From the NCBI GenBank assembly GCA_027317865.1, contig DAHVQG010000002.1:96001-160000 (forward strand): 64,000 nucleotides of DNA, read 5' to 3'. The notes under the pieces were generated by a model that had not been told where the DNA came from, searched no databases, and saw nothing but the letters and a program-made list of their open reading frames with translations. The DNA comes from Bdellovibrionales bacterium (GTDB lineage: Bacteria; Bdellovibrionota; Bdellovibrionia; Bdellovibrionales; UBA1609). Shown one piece after another: positions 10,787 to 19,588 of this stretch (the first letter of the stretch is position 1; every line of letters begins with the position of its first letter). The translations under genes were made by a program, and so were the position numbers.

Positions 10787-11632
10787 CTATACTGGTACGA
10801 AGGTCGAGCCTAGCTCTTGATCGCGCATGGCCGCTTTTTCAAAGCTAATGCGAAGTGCACGCTCAATTTCGAGTTCACGCATTGAATCAAGACCCGCAGC
10901 AGTCACTCCTTTAAGCGAAACGACCTTGCGCTGCAACTCCGAAAGCGGAGTTTCAGATTCGTGGCCCGCCATTGCCGCAGCGGCACGAAAAGTTTGAATT
11001 GTGACGTTTCGCGCGGTTTTGGCATCAATATCGTGCTCTTCAAGCCATTCTTGCCAGTAGATCATAAGTTCGTAAACAAAACCGATTCCACTGCTTGCGC
11101 CGACCAAAATCGAGCGCATCATTTCACCGTCTTCAACAGGTACCACTATCCCCATAGTCGAAAGCAGTTCATTTATCCATTGTAAGTGGGGTTTGACCGC
11201 GGCCGTTGCCGCATAGGCAATCACGCTTTCTTTGATTTTAGCCGCTGTTGTTGGCATGACTCGCAGAATTTTCTGCGAATTGGGAATCAATTTTTGCACG
11301 GATTGAAGGGAAATACCCGCAGCGAGCGATATAATTATTTGATCGCTGTTGAACGCATGAGCGATCGGCTCAATACATTGATAAAAATCTTGGGGCTTCA
11401 CTCCAATAATAACGATATCGCTAAAATCAATTACTTCTTCGTTTGTTTTGGCGGCCCTGATTTGAAAATCTCGGCTGACGCGCTCAAGCTTTCGCTCATT
11501 GCGATTTGAAATCACGATCTGTTCGCGATCGACAAACCCCGAATCTAAAAATGCGCGCAAAATTGATTGCGCCAGGTTACCGGCACCAATAAAACCAATT
11601 CTGTGGCTTCGAATTTGTTCAGATGCTGTCAT
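10787..11632 (-). CDS. proC: Pyrroline-5-carboxylate reductase
   Basis: IGFIGAGNLA Rossmann motif, GVKPQ, ISLAAGI, RVMP, and VVSLKGVTAAG (SPGGTT equivalent, diverged). Confidence 0.88.
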   Translation of the reverse strand: MTASEQIRSHRIGFIGAGNLAQSILRAFLDSGFVDREQIVISNRNERKLERVSRDFQIRAAKTNEEVIDFSDIVIIGVKPQDFYQCIEPIAHAFNSDQIIISLAAGISLQSVQKLIPNSQKILRVMPTTAAKIKESVIAYAATAAVKPHLQWINELLSTMGIVVPVEDGEMMRSILVGASSGIGFVYELMIYWQEWLEEHDIDAKTARNVTIQTFRAAAAMAGHESETPLSELQRKVVSLKGVTAAGLDSMRELEIERALRISFEKAAMRDQELGSTFVPV

Positions 11633-11676
11633 GATTTTAAACTCCTGATTCGCGGTTATGGCTCCGCGCTTTGGAT

Positions 11677-12369
11677 CTAATATTTTCGATTGCCGAAAAT
11701 CGCCGTCCCGAGGCGCACAATTGTGGCGCCTTCTTTTATGGCCGCTTCAAAATCGTCGCTTGTGCCCATCGAAAGTTCGTTTAAACTATGCGGAGTTGAT
11801 ACGTTTGTCATCATCTCATCGCGCAGTTCACGGGCGCTTTGAAAATACTTTCTCTGTTCGCTTTCAGACAATTGCGGCGGCGGCATAAACATCAACCCGC
11901 ATACCCGTACAAATTCCAGTTTTTGCGCCTGCTCCAACAGCGCCGGTAGAGCCTCGACTGGCACTCCGCTTTTCGTCGTTTCACCGGCCAAATTGACTTC
12001 AATCAAAAGGTATTGGCGTCGCAGCGAACGTTCTGAAATTTGTTTCACAGTCGACAAACGATCAATGGAATGGATCAGCCAAAACCGGTCCGCAATCGGT
12101 TTCACTTTGTTCGATTGAAGCGTGCCGATCAAATGCCAGCGAATGGGCAAATCCGAGAGAACTTCCATTTTTGAAAGCGCGTCTTGGACGTAATTTTCAC
12201 CAAAATCGCGAATGCCCCCATTAAATGCTTCGCGAATTTTTTCTGGCGATACGGTTTTAGAGGCCGCGACAACGGTCACGCTTTGTGGATCGCGTTTTGA
12301 AAAAGCGCACGCGTTTGAAATCTTTTGCCGGATTAAATCAATGTTTTTTTGAACGTCATTTTCTTGCAA
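11677..12369 (-). CDS. yggS: PLP homeostasis protein YggS/PLPBP
   Basis: VAASKT, FGENYVQD, WHLIGTLQSNK and LSMGTSDDFEAAIKEGATIVRLGTAIFG motifs. TTG start at 12369 with AGAGGA SD. Confidence 0.96.
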   Translation of the reverse strand: MQENDVQKNIDLIRQKISNACAFSKRDPQSVTVVAASKTVSPEKIREAFNGGIRDFGENYVQDALSKMEVLSDLPIRWHLIGTLQSNKVKPIADRFWLIHSIDRLSTVKQISERSLRRQYLLIEVNLAGETTKSGVPVEALPALLEQAQKLEFVRVCGLMFMPPPQLSESEQRKYFQSARELRDEMMTNVSTPHSLNELSMGTSDDFEAAIKEGATIVRLGTAIFGNRKY

Positions 12370-12976
12370 CTTGCCATCCTCTTTCACGTAAAATTTTTTC
12401 GAACAATTCAAGAGGTAAACCAATTACGTTACTTTCTGACCCTTCGATCGCCGTAACGAACGACCGCGCCCCGCCCTGTATCGCGTAAGCTCCGGCTTTA
12501 TCTAGAGGCTCGCCGCTTGACACATACGCTTCAATTTCGGATTCAGAAAGCTCGCGAAACTGGACGTTTGTCGACTCGAAAGTGTCTAAAAATTCGTCAG
12601 TTTCAAAGTTAAACAATGAAATCGCCGTAACCACCCGGTGCGCTTTACCCGACAAAAGGGTTAAATATTCGCGGGCCATTTGGGTAGTTTTTGGTTTGCC
12701 TAAAAGACGCTCGCTTAGCCTTAAGCCCAAAAGCGACGGCAGGATCACCATTGTGTCCGCCGCAAGCAACAAAATATTTTGTGGTTTCAATAGCTTACGC
12801 TCTCTTACAACTTCGTTCGCTTTGGCGTGTGCAATGGCCATTATTGCCCGTTCGGGATTCACGTTTTCTTCAATATTTTCCGATATTTTGACTGGATGGA
12901 TGCGAAACAAAAAACCGGCTTTTTGGAGCAGTTCGCGCCGTCTGGGAGATTGTGATGCAAGCCACAGTTCGTACAT
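12356..12976 (-). CDS. maf: Maf family nucleotide pyrophosphatase
   Basis: LASQSPRRRELL, AADTMV, LGKP, DKAGAYAIQG and NVIGLP motifs. Likely start is ATG 12976. Confidence 0.96.
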   Translation of the reverse strand: MYELWLASQSPRRRELLQKAGFLFRIHPVKISENIEENVNPERAIMAIAHAKANEVVRERKLLKPQNILLLAADTMVILPSLLGLRLSERLLGKPKTTQMAREYLTLLSGKAHRVVTAISLFNFETDEFLDTFESTNVQFRELSESEIEAYVSSGEPLDKAGAYAIQGGARSFVTAIEGSESNVIGLPLELFEKILRERGWQVARK

Positions 12977-13036
12977 CGTCGTTATCTTTCGCTGGTATTC
13001 AAGCTTTGGCATGTTTTCAAACGGAAGGTAAGAAAA

Positions 13037-13936
13037 ATGTTTGACCTCTTTTTGCTTTTTTCAGGATTAGGGCTTGCCGCCGCGAGCATTTATTTGTTTA
13101 CCAACGCGCTCCTTGCCAACAACTATGATGCTAAAGCTTTAGCATGGGCCTCGGGTAATGAGCCAGCAAAATCCAAGTCGGGTTTTGTGAATTTTTCGCG
13201 CCCATTGGTTCACAACTTCACTTTACAACACGCGCTTAAGATCAAAAGCCCAACATACCGCAAACGCGTGGCAAAAAAACTTCTGACGGCGGGCCTTTCA
13301 AACGAACTCAATGTCGATGAGTTTATCGGGCTTCAAATTCTCTGGGGGGTGATGGCGCCGATACTGCTGGTAATTTTAAATCTTACCATGCAGCTTGGCT
13401 ACCCGTATTCACTTTGCATCGCGCTCGGTGCGCTCGGCGTTTACTTTCCGCATCTCTATTGCAAATTGCAAACGCAACAACGTTACGTCTCGGTGGTAGT
13501 GGATTTGCCATTTTTTATCGATCTTCTCGCCTTATCAACCGAAGCCGGACTCGATTTCATGGCCGCCATTCAGCGCATTGTCGACAAAGCTGAAAACAGC
13601 GTACTGGCGGATGAGCTCTCCATTGTGCTTAAGGATATAAAACTTGGTTCTTCGAGATCCGAAGCGCTTCGCTCTCTTGCTGCGCGGCTCGATATTGCCG
13701 AAATTACGAGCTTTGTCGCCGTTGTTAACGACGCCGATCAGACCGGCGCCAGCATCGCGCAAGTGTTAAAGGATCAATCCAACCAAATGCGTTTGGAGCG
13801 TTTCGTGCGCGCTGAAAAGGCGGGCGCGCGTGCTTCACAACTTATGCTCCTGCCGATGATTGCGTTCATCATGCCCGCTGTGTTCATTGTGGTCTTTGCC
13901 CCGGTTGTTCTTCAGTTTTTCTACGGAGGCAAATAG
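13037..13936 (+). CDS. tadC: Tad/T2SS-F family inner-membrane platform protein TadC
   Basis: DLPFFIDLLALSTEAGLDF, LGSSRSEAL and AEKAGARASQLMLLPMIAFIMPAVF are typical TadC segments. Confidence 0.92.
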   Translation: MFDLFLLFSGLGLAAASIYLFTNALLANNYDAKALAWASGNEPAKSKSGFVNFSRPLVHNFTLQHALKIKSPTYRKRVAKKLLTAGLSNELNVDEFIGLQILWGVMAPILLVILNLTMQLGYPYSLCIALGALGVYFPHLYCKLQTQQRYVSVVVDLPFFIDLLALSTEAGLDFMAAIQRIVDKAENSVLADELSIVLKDIKLGSSRSEALRSLAARLDIAEITSFVAVVNDADQTGASIAQVLKDQSNQMRLERFVRAEKAGARASQLMLLPMIAFIMPAVFIVVFAPVVLQFFYGGK

Positions 13937-14278
13937 GTGAAACTCGTCAATCAAACAAAAGGCATTGAGGTAAGCCAAGAGATGTGGCGCGCCGATCGTT
14001 TGATTCCGCGGATGGTCGGCCTACTGACGATGTCTTCGCTTGCCCCAGAGCAAGCTTTGTGGATTGACCGCTGTAACAGTATTCACACGTTTTTTATGCG
14101 CTTTCCGATTGATGTGGTTTTTGTTTCGCGCGATTTGAAAGTCCGCGCGACTTACGAAAACGTAAAACCGTGGCGGCTAATTTTTCCGGTGTGGAGTGCG
14201 CGCTCCACGATTGAGATGCCGATTGGCACGATACGCCGCGGACAAATTGAAGTGGGAGACCAATTACAATGTGGGTAG
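13937..14278 (+). CDS. DUF192 domain protein
   Basis: RMVGLL, CNSIHTFFMRFPIDVVFV and IEMPIG...IEVGDQL motifs. Abuts the tadC stop. Confidence 0.9.
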   Translation: MKLVNQTKGIEVSQEMWRADRLIPRMVGLLTMSSLAPEQALWIDRCNSIHTFFMRFPIDVVFVSRDLKVRATYENVKPWRLIFPVWSARSTIEMPIGTIRRGQIEVGDQLQCG

Positions 14279-15858
14279 TTCGCTTTTACACAGGACCGCT
14301 TGCGGCCAAACAGTTCCCGTTAAAAATGGGTCGTAATGTGATCGGCCGGGCTTCGTATTGCGACGTTGTGGTGCCTGCGCAGGGAATTTCAAAAGAGCAC
14401 GCCGTAGTTGAAGTATACAACGACCATATTCAAATCACGGATCTTAACTCACGAAACGGCACCTTCATTAACGGCGTCATGGTACAATCGCAAAAACTTA
14501 CCCCGGGCGACCGCGTAGCTTTTCACGACATTGTTACCGATATCGTCGAACGAAAGCCAAAGCCGCACAGTCCGCGCACGCCCGTATTGTTTGACGGCAA
14601 CGCTGCCTTAAAGACTCAACATCAGCCCGGTCTCGACCCGGTCGCAATGGCAACCCCGCAACCTTCATCTGAACCGATTGCGCCCTCGTTTATCGCCTAT
14701 GCGAGAAAATATGTGGACGATGTGGTTTTACCGGGGGTGTACCGGCTCGGCGAAATAATGGATTTTCGCACCGTCTTGGCGTTGTTCGTTGCCGTATTTA
14801 TCGTTCTTGTAACTTCCCTTTCGACAATTCCGCTCATGCGGATTTTAAAAGAAAGTATTGATCAAGAAGCGCGCAACCATGCGCTGACAATTGCGCGAAA
14901 TCTGGCGGAAGTAAATCGCTCACCGCTTGAACAGGGACTTGAAACTTCCGTAACAGTTGATCCGGCCATGCGTGAACCGGGGGTTGACCAAGCGTACATT
15001 ATTTCAGCCGTTAACCAAAATATCATCGCGCCGGTTCAACAGGTCGGGAAATATCTCACGGACGTTCCTTTCGTCGACAACGCGATAAAGGGCAACAGCG
15101 ATGCCGCAGCTCAGATTTCAAGCAGTAAAATCGCCGCAGTGGTTCCGATTCGTTACTATAATTCAGCAACCGGCGGCGAAACTACGGCCGCATACGCGGT
15201 CGTGATTTTTGACATGGGTACACTCGCCGTGAATAACGGCCGCACTTTAAGTCTTTTTATTGAGATCCTATTTATTGCCATTATTTTGGGATCAATCCTT
15301 TACTTTTTCATGTATCGGCTCATTCGGCAGCCGTTGGTTGAAACCAATCAGCAACTCGTGGCTGCCATGTCCCCCGAACATGCGGCCAACATCACGACAA
15401 CCTATCATTTCGATGCCCTCGAGACGCTTATTTCGAACATCAATAACATTCTCCATAGACAGACGGGCGGATTCGGCGCTGATAATTTGAAAAAGTTTGA
15501 AGCCGACCGCGGCCTTGAAATGCAAAATATTGTTAATTTAGTCGGATTTCCCGCGTTGACGGTCCAAGCGCAAGATCGCGTGGTCACAGCAGTCAATGAA
15601 CATTTCGTGCAGCAAATTGGCCAAAATCAATCTTGGGTCGGCATACCCGTTGAACAAATTTTGGACCAAGCATTGAAGCTCAATATCATGAGCCTACTCG
15701 ATAAAGTAGCGGCAATGCCATCGCAAACGGCAATCGATCAACTTGAAATTGCAAATGAAAATTACGATTTGTCAGCGCAGGGCATACAAGGCAGTACGAC
15801 AGCTCTTGCTTACGTCATTATTGTATTTGTACCGAGAGTTGGAGGGGTAAGCGAATGA
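14269..15858 (+). CDS. FHA-domain membrane protein (FHA, 2 TM flanking a periplasmic sensor-like domain, HAMP/PAS-like C-terminus)
   Basis: Canonical FHA (IGR, ISKEH, DLNSRNGTFING). Two hydrophobic segments. C-terminal ALTV..VVTAVNEHF is PAS-like (inference). Confidence 0.85.
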   Translation: MWVVRFYTGPLAAKQFPLKMGRNVIGRASYCDVVVPAQGISKEHAVVEVYNDHIQITDLNSRNGTFINGVMVQSQKLTPGDRVAFHDIVTDIVERKPKPHSPRTPVLFDGNAALKTQHQPGLDPVAMATPQPSSEPIAPSFIAYARKYVDDVVLPGVYRLGEIMDFRTVLALFVAVFIVLVTSLSTIPLMRILKESIDQEARNHALTIARNLAEVNRSPLEQGLETSVTVDPAMREPGVDQAYIISAVNQNIIAPVQQVGKYLTDVPFVDNAIKGNSDAAAQISSSKIAAVVPIRYYNSATGGETTAAYAVVIFDMGTLAVNNGRTLSLFIEILFIAIILGSILYFFMYRLIRQPLVETNQQLVAAMSPEHAANITTTYHFDALETLISNINNILHRQTGGFGADNLKKFEADRGLEMQNIVNLVGFPALTVQAQDRVVTAVNEHFVQQIGQNQSWVGIPVEQILDQALKLNIMSLLDKVAAMPSQTAIDQLEIANENYDLSAQGIQGSTTALAYVIIVFVPRVGGVSE

Positions 15859-16808
15859 GAGAACTCGCGATCGCCTCACAAGTCGCGCATACCTTGACGG
15901 TCTTAAGTGGTAACGACCGCGGCACAGTCTATGAACTTGTATCCGGGCGAATCACCATTGGACGCGGTTCTGAAAATACAATTGTCATTCGCGATGACCC
16001 AAAAGTGAGCCGGCAACACGCACAGATTACTGTGGGAGCAAACGGGGCTCAGATCGCCAATAAGTCCGATCACAACAAATTGTTTGTCAATAACCAACCG
16101 GTTGAATCGTGCCGGCTCGCTCCCGGTATGATCGTTCAGGTCGGTGACACAAAATTTATGTTCCAGTCCGCCGGTGCGTCGTCACTGGTTCAACCGGTCG
16201 ATATGACAGCCGCAAAACATGCCGCTGCAAAAAGAGGCCCGTTTGTGTCGCGGCCGCAAAAAGGCAATCGTCTTATATTTTACACCGTCGTGGGAGCTGT
16301 CATTTTGTTAGTTGCATGGATGATGAATCAAAGTTCAAAAGGCGCAAAATCGGGCATACCAGGCACAATGGGGAGTTTTCAATCGACAATCAAAACCGAC
16401 CAGCAGATCGTCAATAGCATTGAGGCACACAAAGCGCGTGCCGGCATGAATACGCCACAGTATCAAGAGGCCCAAAGGCAATTCCTCGAGGGATTTCGCG
16501 AATACGAAAAAGGCCAATATTCACGCGCCATCGAGTCGTTTCAGGCGTGTGTGACGTTGTTCCCCCGGCATCCCGAGTGCGGATTTTATTTAAGTCTCGC
16601 TCAGAATCGATTTCAAGAGCTAATTCAATACGAACTCAACTTGGGGAGCCAATACAAAAGACAACAGCAATACAGCGCCTGCGCAGCCGCCTATCGAAAT
16701 GTCATGTTCATGGTGCAGGATCAACTCGTAACTTCGGAGCAGAAAATTTATAACTTGGCGAGAGCGGGTCACGACGCTTGCATAGCGCTTGGGGGGCGCG
16801 ACAACTGA
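15855..16808 (+). CDS. FHA-TM-TPR protein
   Basis: FHA (IGRG, VSRQHA), one TM helix, and TPR-like helices (GFREYEKGQYSRAIESFQ) with paired Cys. ATGA overlap with the upstream gene. Confidence 0.85.
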   Translation: MRELAIASQVAHTLTVLSGNDRGTVYELVSGRITIGRGSENTIVIRDDPKVSRQHAQITVGANGAQIANKSDHNKLFVNNQPVESCRLAPGMIVQVGDTKFMFQSAGASSLVQPVDMTAAKHAAAKRGPFVSRPQKGNRLIFYTVVGAVILLVAWMMNQSSKGAKSGIPGTMGSFQSTIKTDQQIVNSIEAHKARAGMNTPQYQEAQRQFLEGFREYEKGQYSRAIESFQACVTLFPRHPECGFYLSLAQNRFQELIQYELNLGSQYKRQQQYSACAAAYRNVMFMVQDQLVTSEQKIYNLARAGHDACIALGGRDN

Positions 16809-18880
16809 TGGCGAAGATTTGTGTTTATTTACACGGCCAACTTCTTTCTGAACTGGCACTTATGCCGGGGCAGGAATATTTTGCCGGCCGAGCCTCGCAA
16901 AGTGACATTCACCTTTCTAGCGAGCGCGGAATTTCTCGCCAACACGTAAAATTTTTTGAGCAGGACGGCGTTTGGCACGCTCATCTTCTTTCGAAATACG
17001 GCGGAATGATTTTTGAGGAACAATCCGTCGAAGTTCTCGAGCTTAGAGGGACGACGCGATTTTCAGTTCCACCATATGATTTTGTTTTCGAGAGCCAAAC
17101 CGAAATGGTCGACGCGACAAAGCCGATCCATAACATAGAAGGCGGATCGGCACCTGAGGAGTCACCCGAACCGGCAGATCAAAGTACTCATGATAAACCG
17201 TCTGACTCGACCTTCGAACCACAGGTAGACTCCACACCGAAACCTCAGTCTGAATCGGCGCCTGAATCAAATGGCGACCAAAATGATAATGAGCCGTCAT
17301 TTAGCGACCGTACTGTGCTTGCTCAACCCGCACGACTTATTCCTTATTTAAAGGTCGTGAACAATAAACTTAAGACAGAAGAAGTTCTGAAACTCGAAGG
17401 GACATCCTGGCGTGTAGGCCGAAATCCGGAAAATGAAATTGTGGTCAATGACTCCGCGATTAGCCGCAATCATCTTGAAATTTCAAAAAGAGACGAAAAA
17501 TATTTTGTTACCGATTTGGGGTCGTCAAATGGCACCCAACTGAACGGACTTAAGATCGAACCTAACGCGCCACAATCGCTTCAAAGCGGTGATGTGTTAA
17601 CCGTTCGCCATCTCGAAATCATTTTAGAGCTGCACGACTCCGCCTATGAAAATCAAAACGCGCCTTTGCCCGTTAAGTTTGACGATAACTCTGCGGCGTT
17701 CGAAACGTTTGACCTCGTGCGGGAAGAAAACGCGCTCGAAAACGTCAATCGTGAAAGCGGCACCGGCATCGTGGTCAAAATGGATTCGTCTTGGCGCGCG
17801 AAATGGCTCGCACCTGAAATGATCAAAAAGCGCGTGGTACCGGTTGGCATTGCCGTTTTAATCTTGTCGTTTGTATACGTGATGTCGAGATCTTCGACGC
17901 AGCCAAAATCTTTAAAGGGGCAAGCCAATTCCGCCTCGACCGGAGGACTCTCGCTTGGCGAACTCACCCCCGAGCAGAAAAAGCAAGTTATCGATTTTTT
18001 CAATCTTGCGCATAACTACTATACCGAACGGAAATACACTTTGTGCCTTTCGCAGCTCCAACTTATGACCCAGCTCACTCCCTTTTATTTAAATTCTAAA
18101 GAACTAGAAAATCTCTGCCAGCAAGGGCAAATCGACGAAGCCCGGGCCCTCGACCGCGAACGTGAAAAGAAAGAACAGCAAAAAACCGACGAAGAAGTTC
18201 AAGCAAACATTGCCAAATGTCAAAAACAGTTGAACGCTTCGACAACAGTTTCGTCGATGCGTTCATGTCTGGATGAAGCCATACAACTTGACCCTGCAAA
18301 TCCGGCAGTTATGAACCTCCTCAGTCAAGCAAGTATTCGGCAATCGCAAGCTCAATCGCAAGCGCAGCAAGCCGAAGAATTTCGCAGGCGCAAACGCGAA
18401 GGCCAAGCGATTTTTAGCGCCGCAGAAGACGCCTATAGAAATCGAAATAACAGACAGGCATTATATGAATATCGACGCTTTCTCAGTGGTGGTTATCCTG
18501 GCCTGAATCAAGATGACGATGTCGCATCTCGACATTTAGCCTCAATTGAATCTGGAATCGAACACGAGTTCACGGCCGATTTGAACGAATGCCAAGGTGA
18601 CATAAGTAATAATGATTTAAAAAATGCCATTAAGGCTTGCAGTGACGCGCTTAATGTGCGGCCCGGCGATCCCGCCGCCGAAGACATGAAAAAACGCGCG
18701 TACTCGCGCCTAAGCGATGAAATGAGAGCGATTTATCAAGATAGTGAGCTTGAAGAAAATATGGGCAACATCGATTCAGCCAAAGATAAATGGCTCAAAA
18801 TCATTCGGGAATCAGTTCCAGGCGAAGATTATTATGAAAAGGCCAAGAACAAACTCATTACTTACGGCGTTGCGATGTAA
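16808..18880 (+). CDS. Double-FHA, TM, TPR/coiled-coil protein
   Basis: FHA1 (AGR, ISRQH), acidic/Pro linker, canonical FHA2 (VGR, ISRNH, DLGSSNGT), TM, then periplasmic TPRs. TGATG coupling at 16806-16810. Confidence 0.87.
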   Translation: MAKICVYLHGQLLSELALMPGQEYFAGRASQSDIHLSSERGISRQHVKFFEQDGVWHAHLLSKYGGMIFEEQSVEVLELRGTTRFSVPPYDFVFESQTEMVDATKPIHNIEGGSAPEESPEPADQSTHDKPSDSTFEPQVDSTPKPQSESAPESNGDQNDNEPSFSDRTVLAQPARLIPYLKVVNNKLKTEEVLKLEGTSWRVGRNPENEIVVNDSAISRNHLEISKRDEKYFVTDLGSSNGTQLNGLKIEPNAPQSLQSGDVLTVRHLEIILELHDSAYENQNAPLPVKFDDNSAAFETFDLVREENALENVNRESGTGIVVKMDSSWRAKWLAPEMIKKRVVPVGIAVLILSFVYVMSRSSTQPKSLKGQANSASTGGLSLGELTPEQKKQVIDFFNLAHNYYTERKYTLCLSQLQLMTQLTPFYLNSKELENLCQQGQIDEARALDREREKKEQQKTDEEVQANIAKCQKQLNASTTVSSMRSCLDEAIQLDPANPAVMNLLSQASIRQSQAQSQAQQAEEFRRRKREGQAIFSAAEDAYRNRNNRQALYEYRRFLSGGYPGLNQDDDVASRHLASIESGIEHEFTADLNECQGDISNNDLKNAIKACSDALNVRPGDPAAEDMKKRAYSRLSDEMRAIYQDSELEENMGNIDSAKDKWLKIIRESVPGEDYYEKAKNKLITYGVAM

Positions 18881-18901
18881 CAATGCGATTGAGAACTAAA
18901 A

Positions 18902-19588
18902 ATGCTGAGATTTGAAGAAAAATCTTATAACACAAACCTATTTCGTCCACGGCCAGAAATTCACATCGAGCCTGACGGCAGCCTTTTGATTGTGGCAACT
19001 CCCTGGGGCGCGCGCGCACCGGCCCGCAAGGCAATACGCAAAATTCAAGATTATTTTCTTTCAACCCGTCAGGACGTTGAAGCAACCTCGCCTTTTTCCC
19101 GTCTGGCGTGTCTTTCACCAATGGGCAATGATCTTCGCGTTGCCGTCAAGTTGGCAAGCGACGTTATTCATCACGAAGAAAACCGCGAAGAATACGTTTC
19201 GGCACTCGAATTATTTGTTTTGGCTCGCAACAAAGATGAAACGGTTTGGATTCAAGTCGGCCATCCGTTTGTCTTACTGGATCGCCCCGGTGAAAATTTG
19301 ATGACGCTCGGAAATCAGCAAGATCTCAGCCTTGAATTTTCAAAACCAGGCGCGATTTTTCCACCGCTGCCTTCTCGATTTATTGGCGTGGAAGCGACCA
19401 GTGATTTCGCCGTGGAATCAATGCGAACTCAAGCGGCGGATAAATTTATTTTGGTGTCAAGCTCCTCAGTTCCAGGAAATTTATATTCGCTCCCCGAATC
19501 GAACCGGTCGCTGCACACAATTTCAGAAACTTTCGCGCGCGCGCGACCCTCACATCCGTTTTGGCTCGGCATTTGTCAGTTCTCTTGA
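18902..19588 (+). CDS. Degenerate PP2C/PPM-fold protein (probable pseudophosphatase)
   Basis: LLIVATPWG, QVGHPF, PSRFIG and DKFILVSSS align by eye with PPM motifs VADGMGG, HVGDSR, TRALG and DxxLLCSDG, but the metal-binding Asp residues are missing. Confidence 0.6.
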   Translation: MLRFEEKSYNTNLFRPRPEIHIEPDGSLLIVATPWGARAPARKAIRKIQDYFLSTRQDVEATSPFSRLACLSPMGNDLRVAVKLASDVIHHEENREEYVSALELFVLARNKDETVWIQVGHPFVLLDRPGENLMTLGNQQDLSLEFSKPGAIFPPLPSRFIGVEATSDFAVESMRTQAADKFILVSSSSVPGNLYSLPESNRSLHTISETFARARPSHPFWLGICQFS

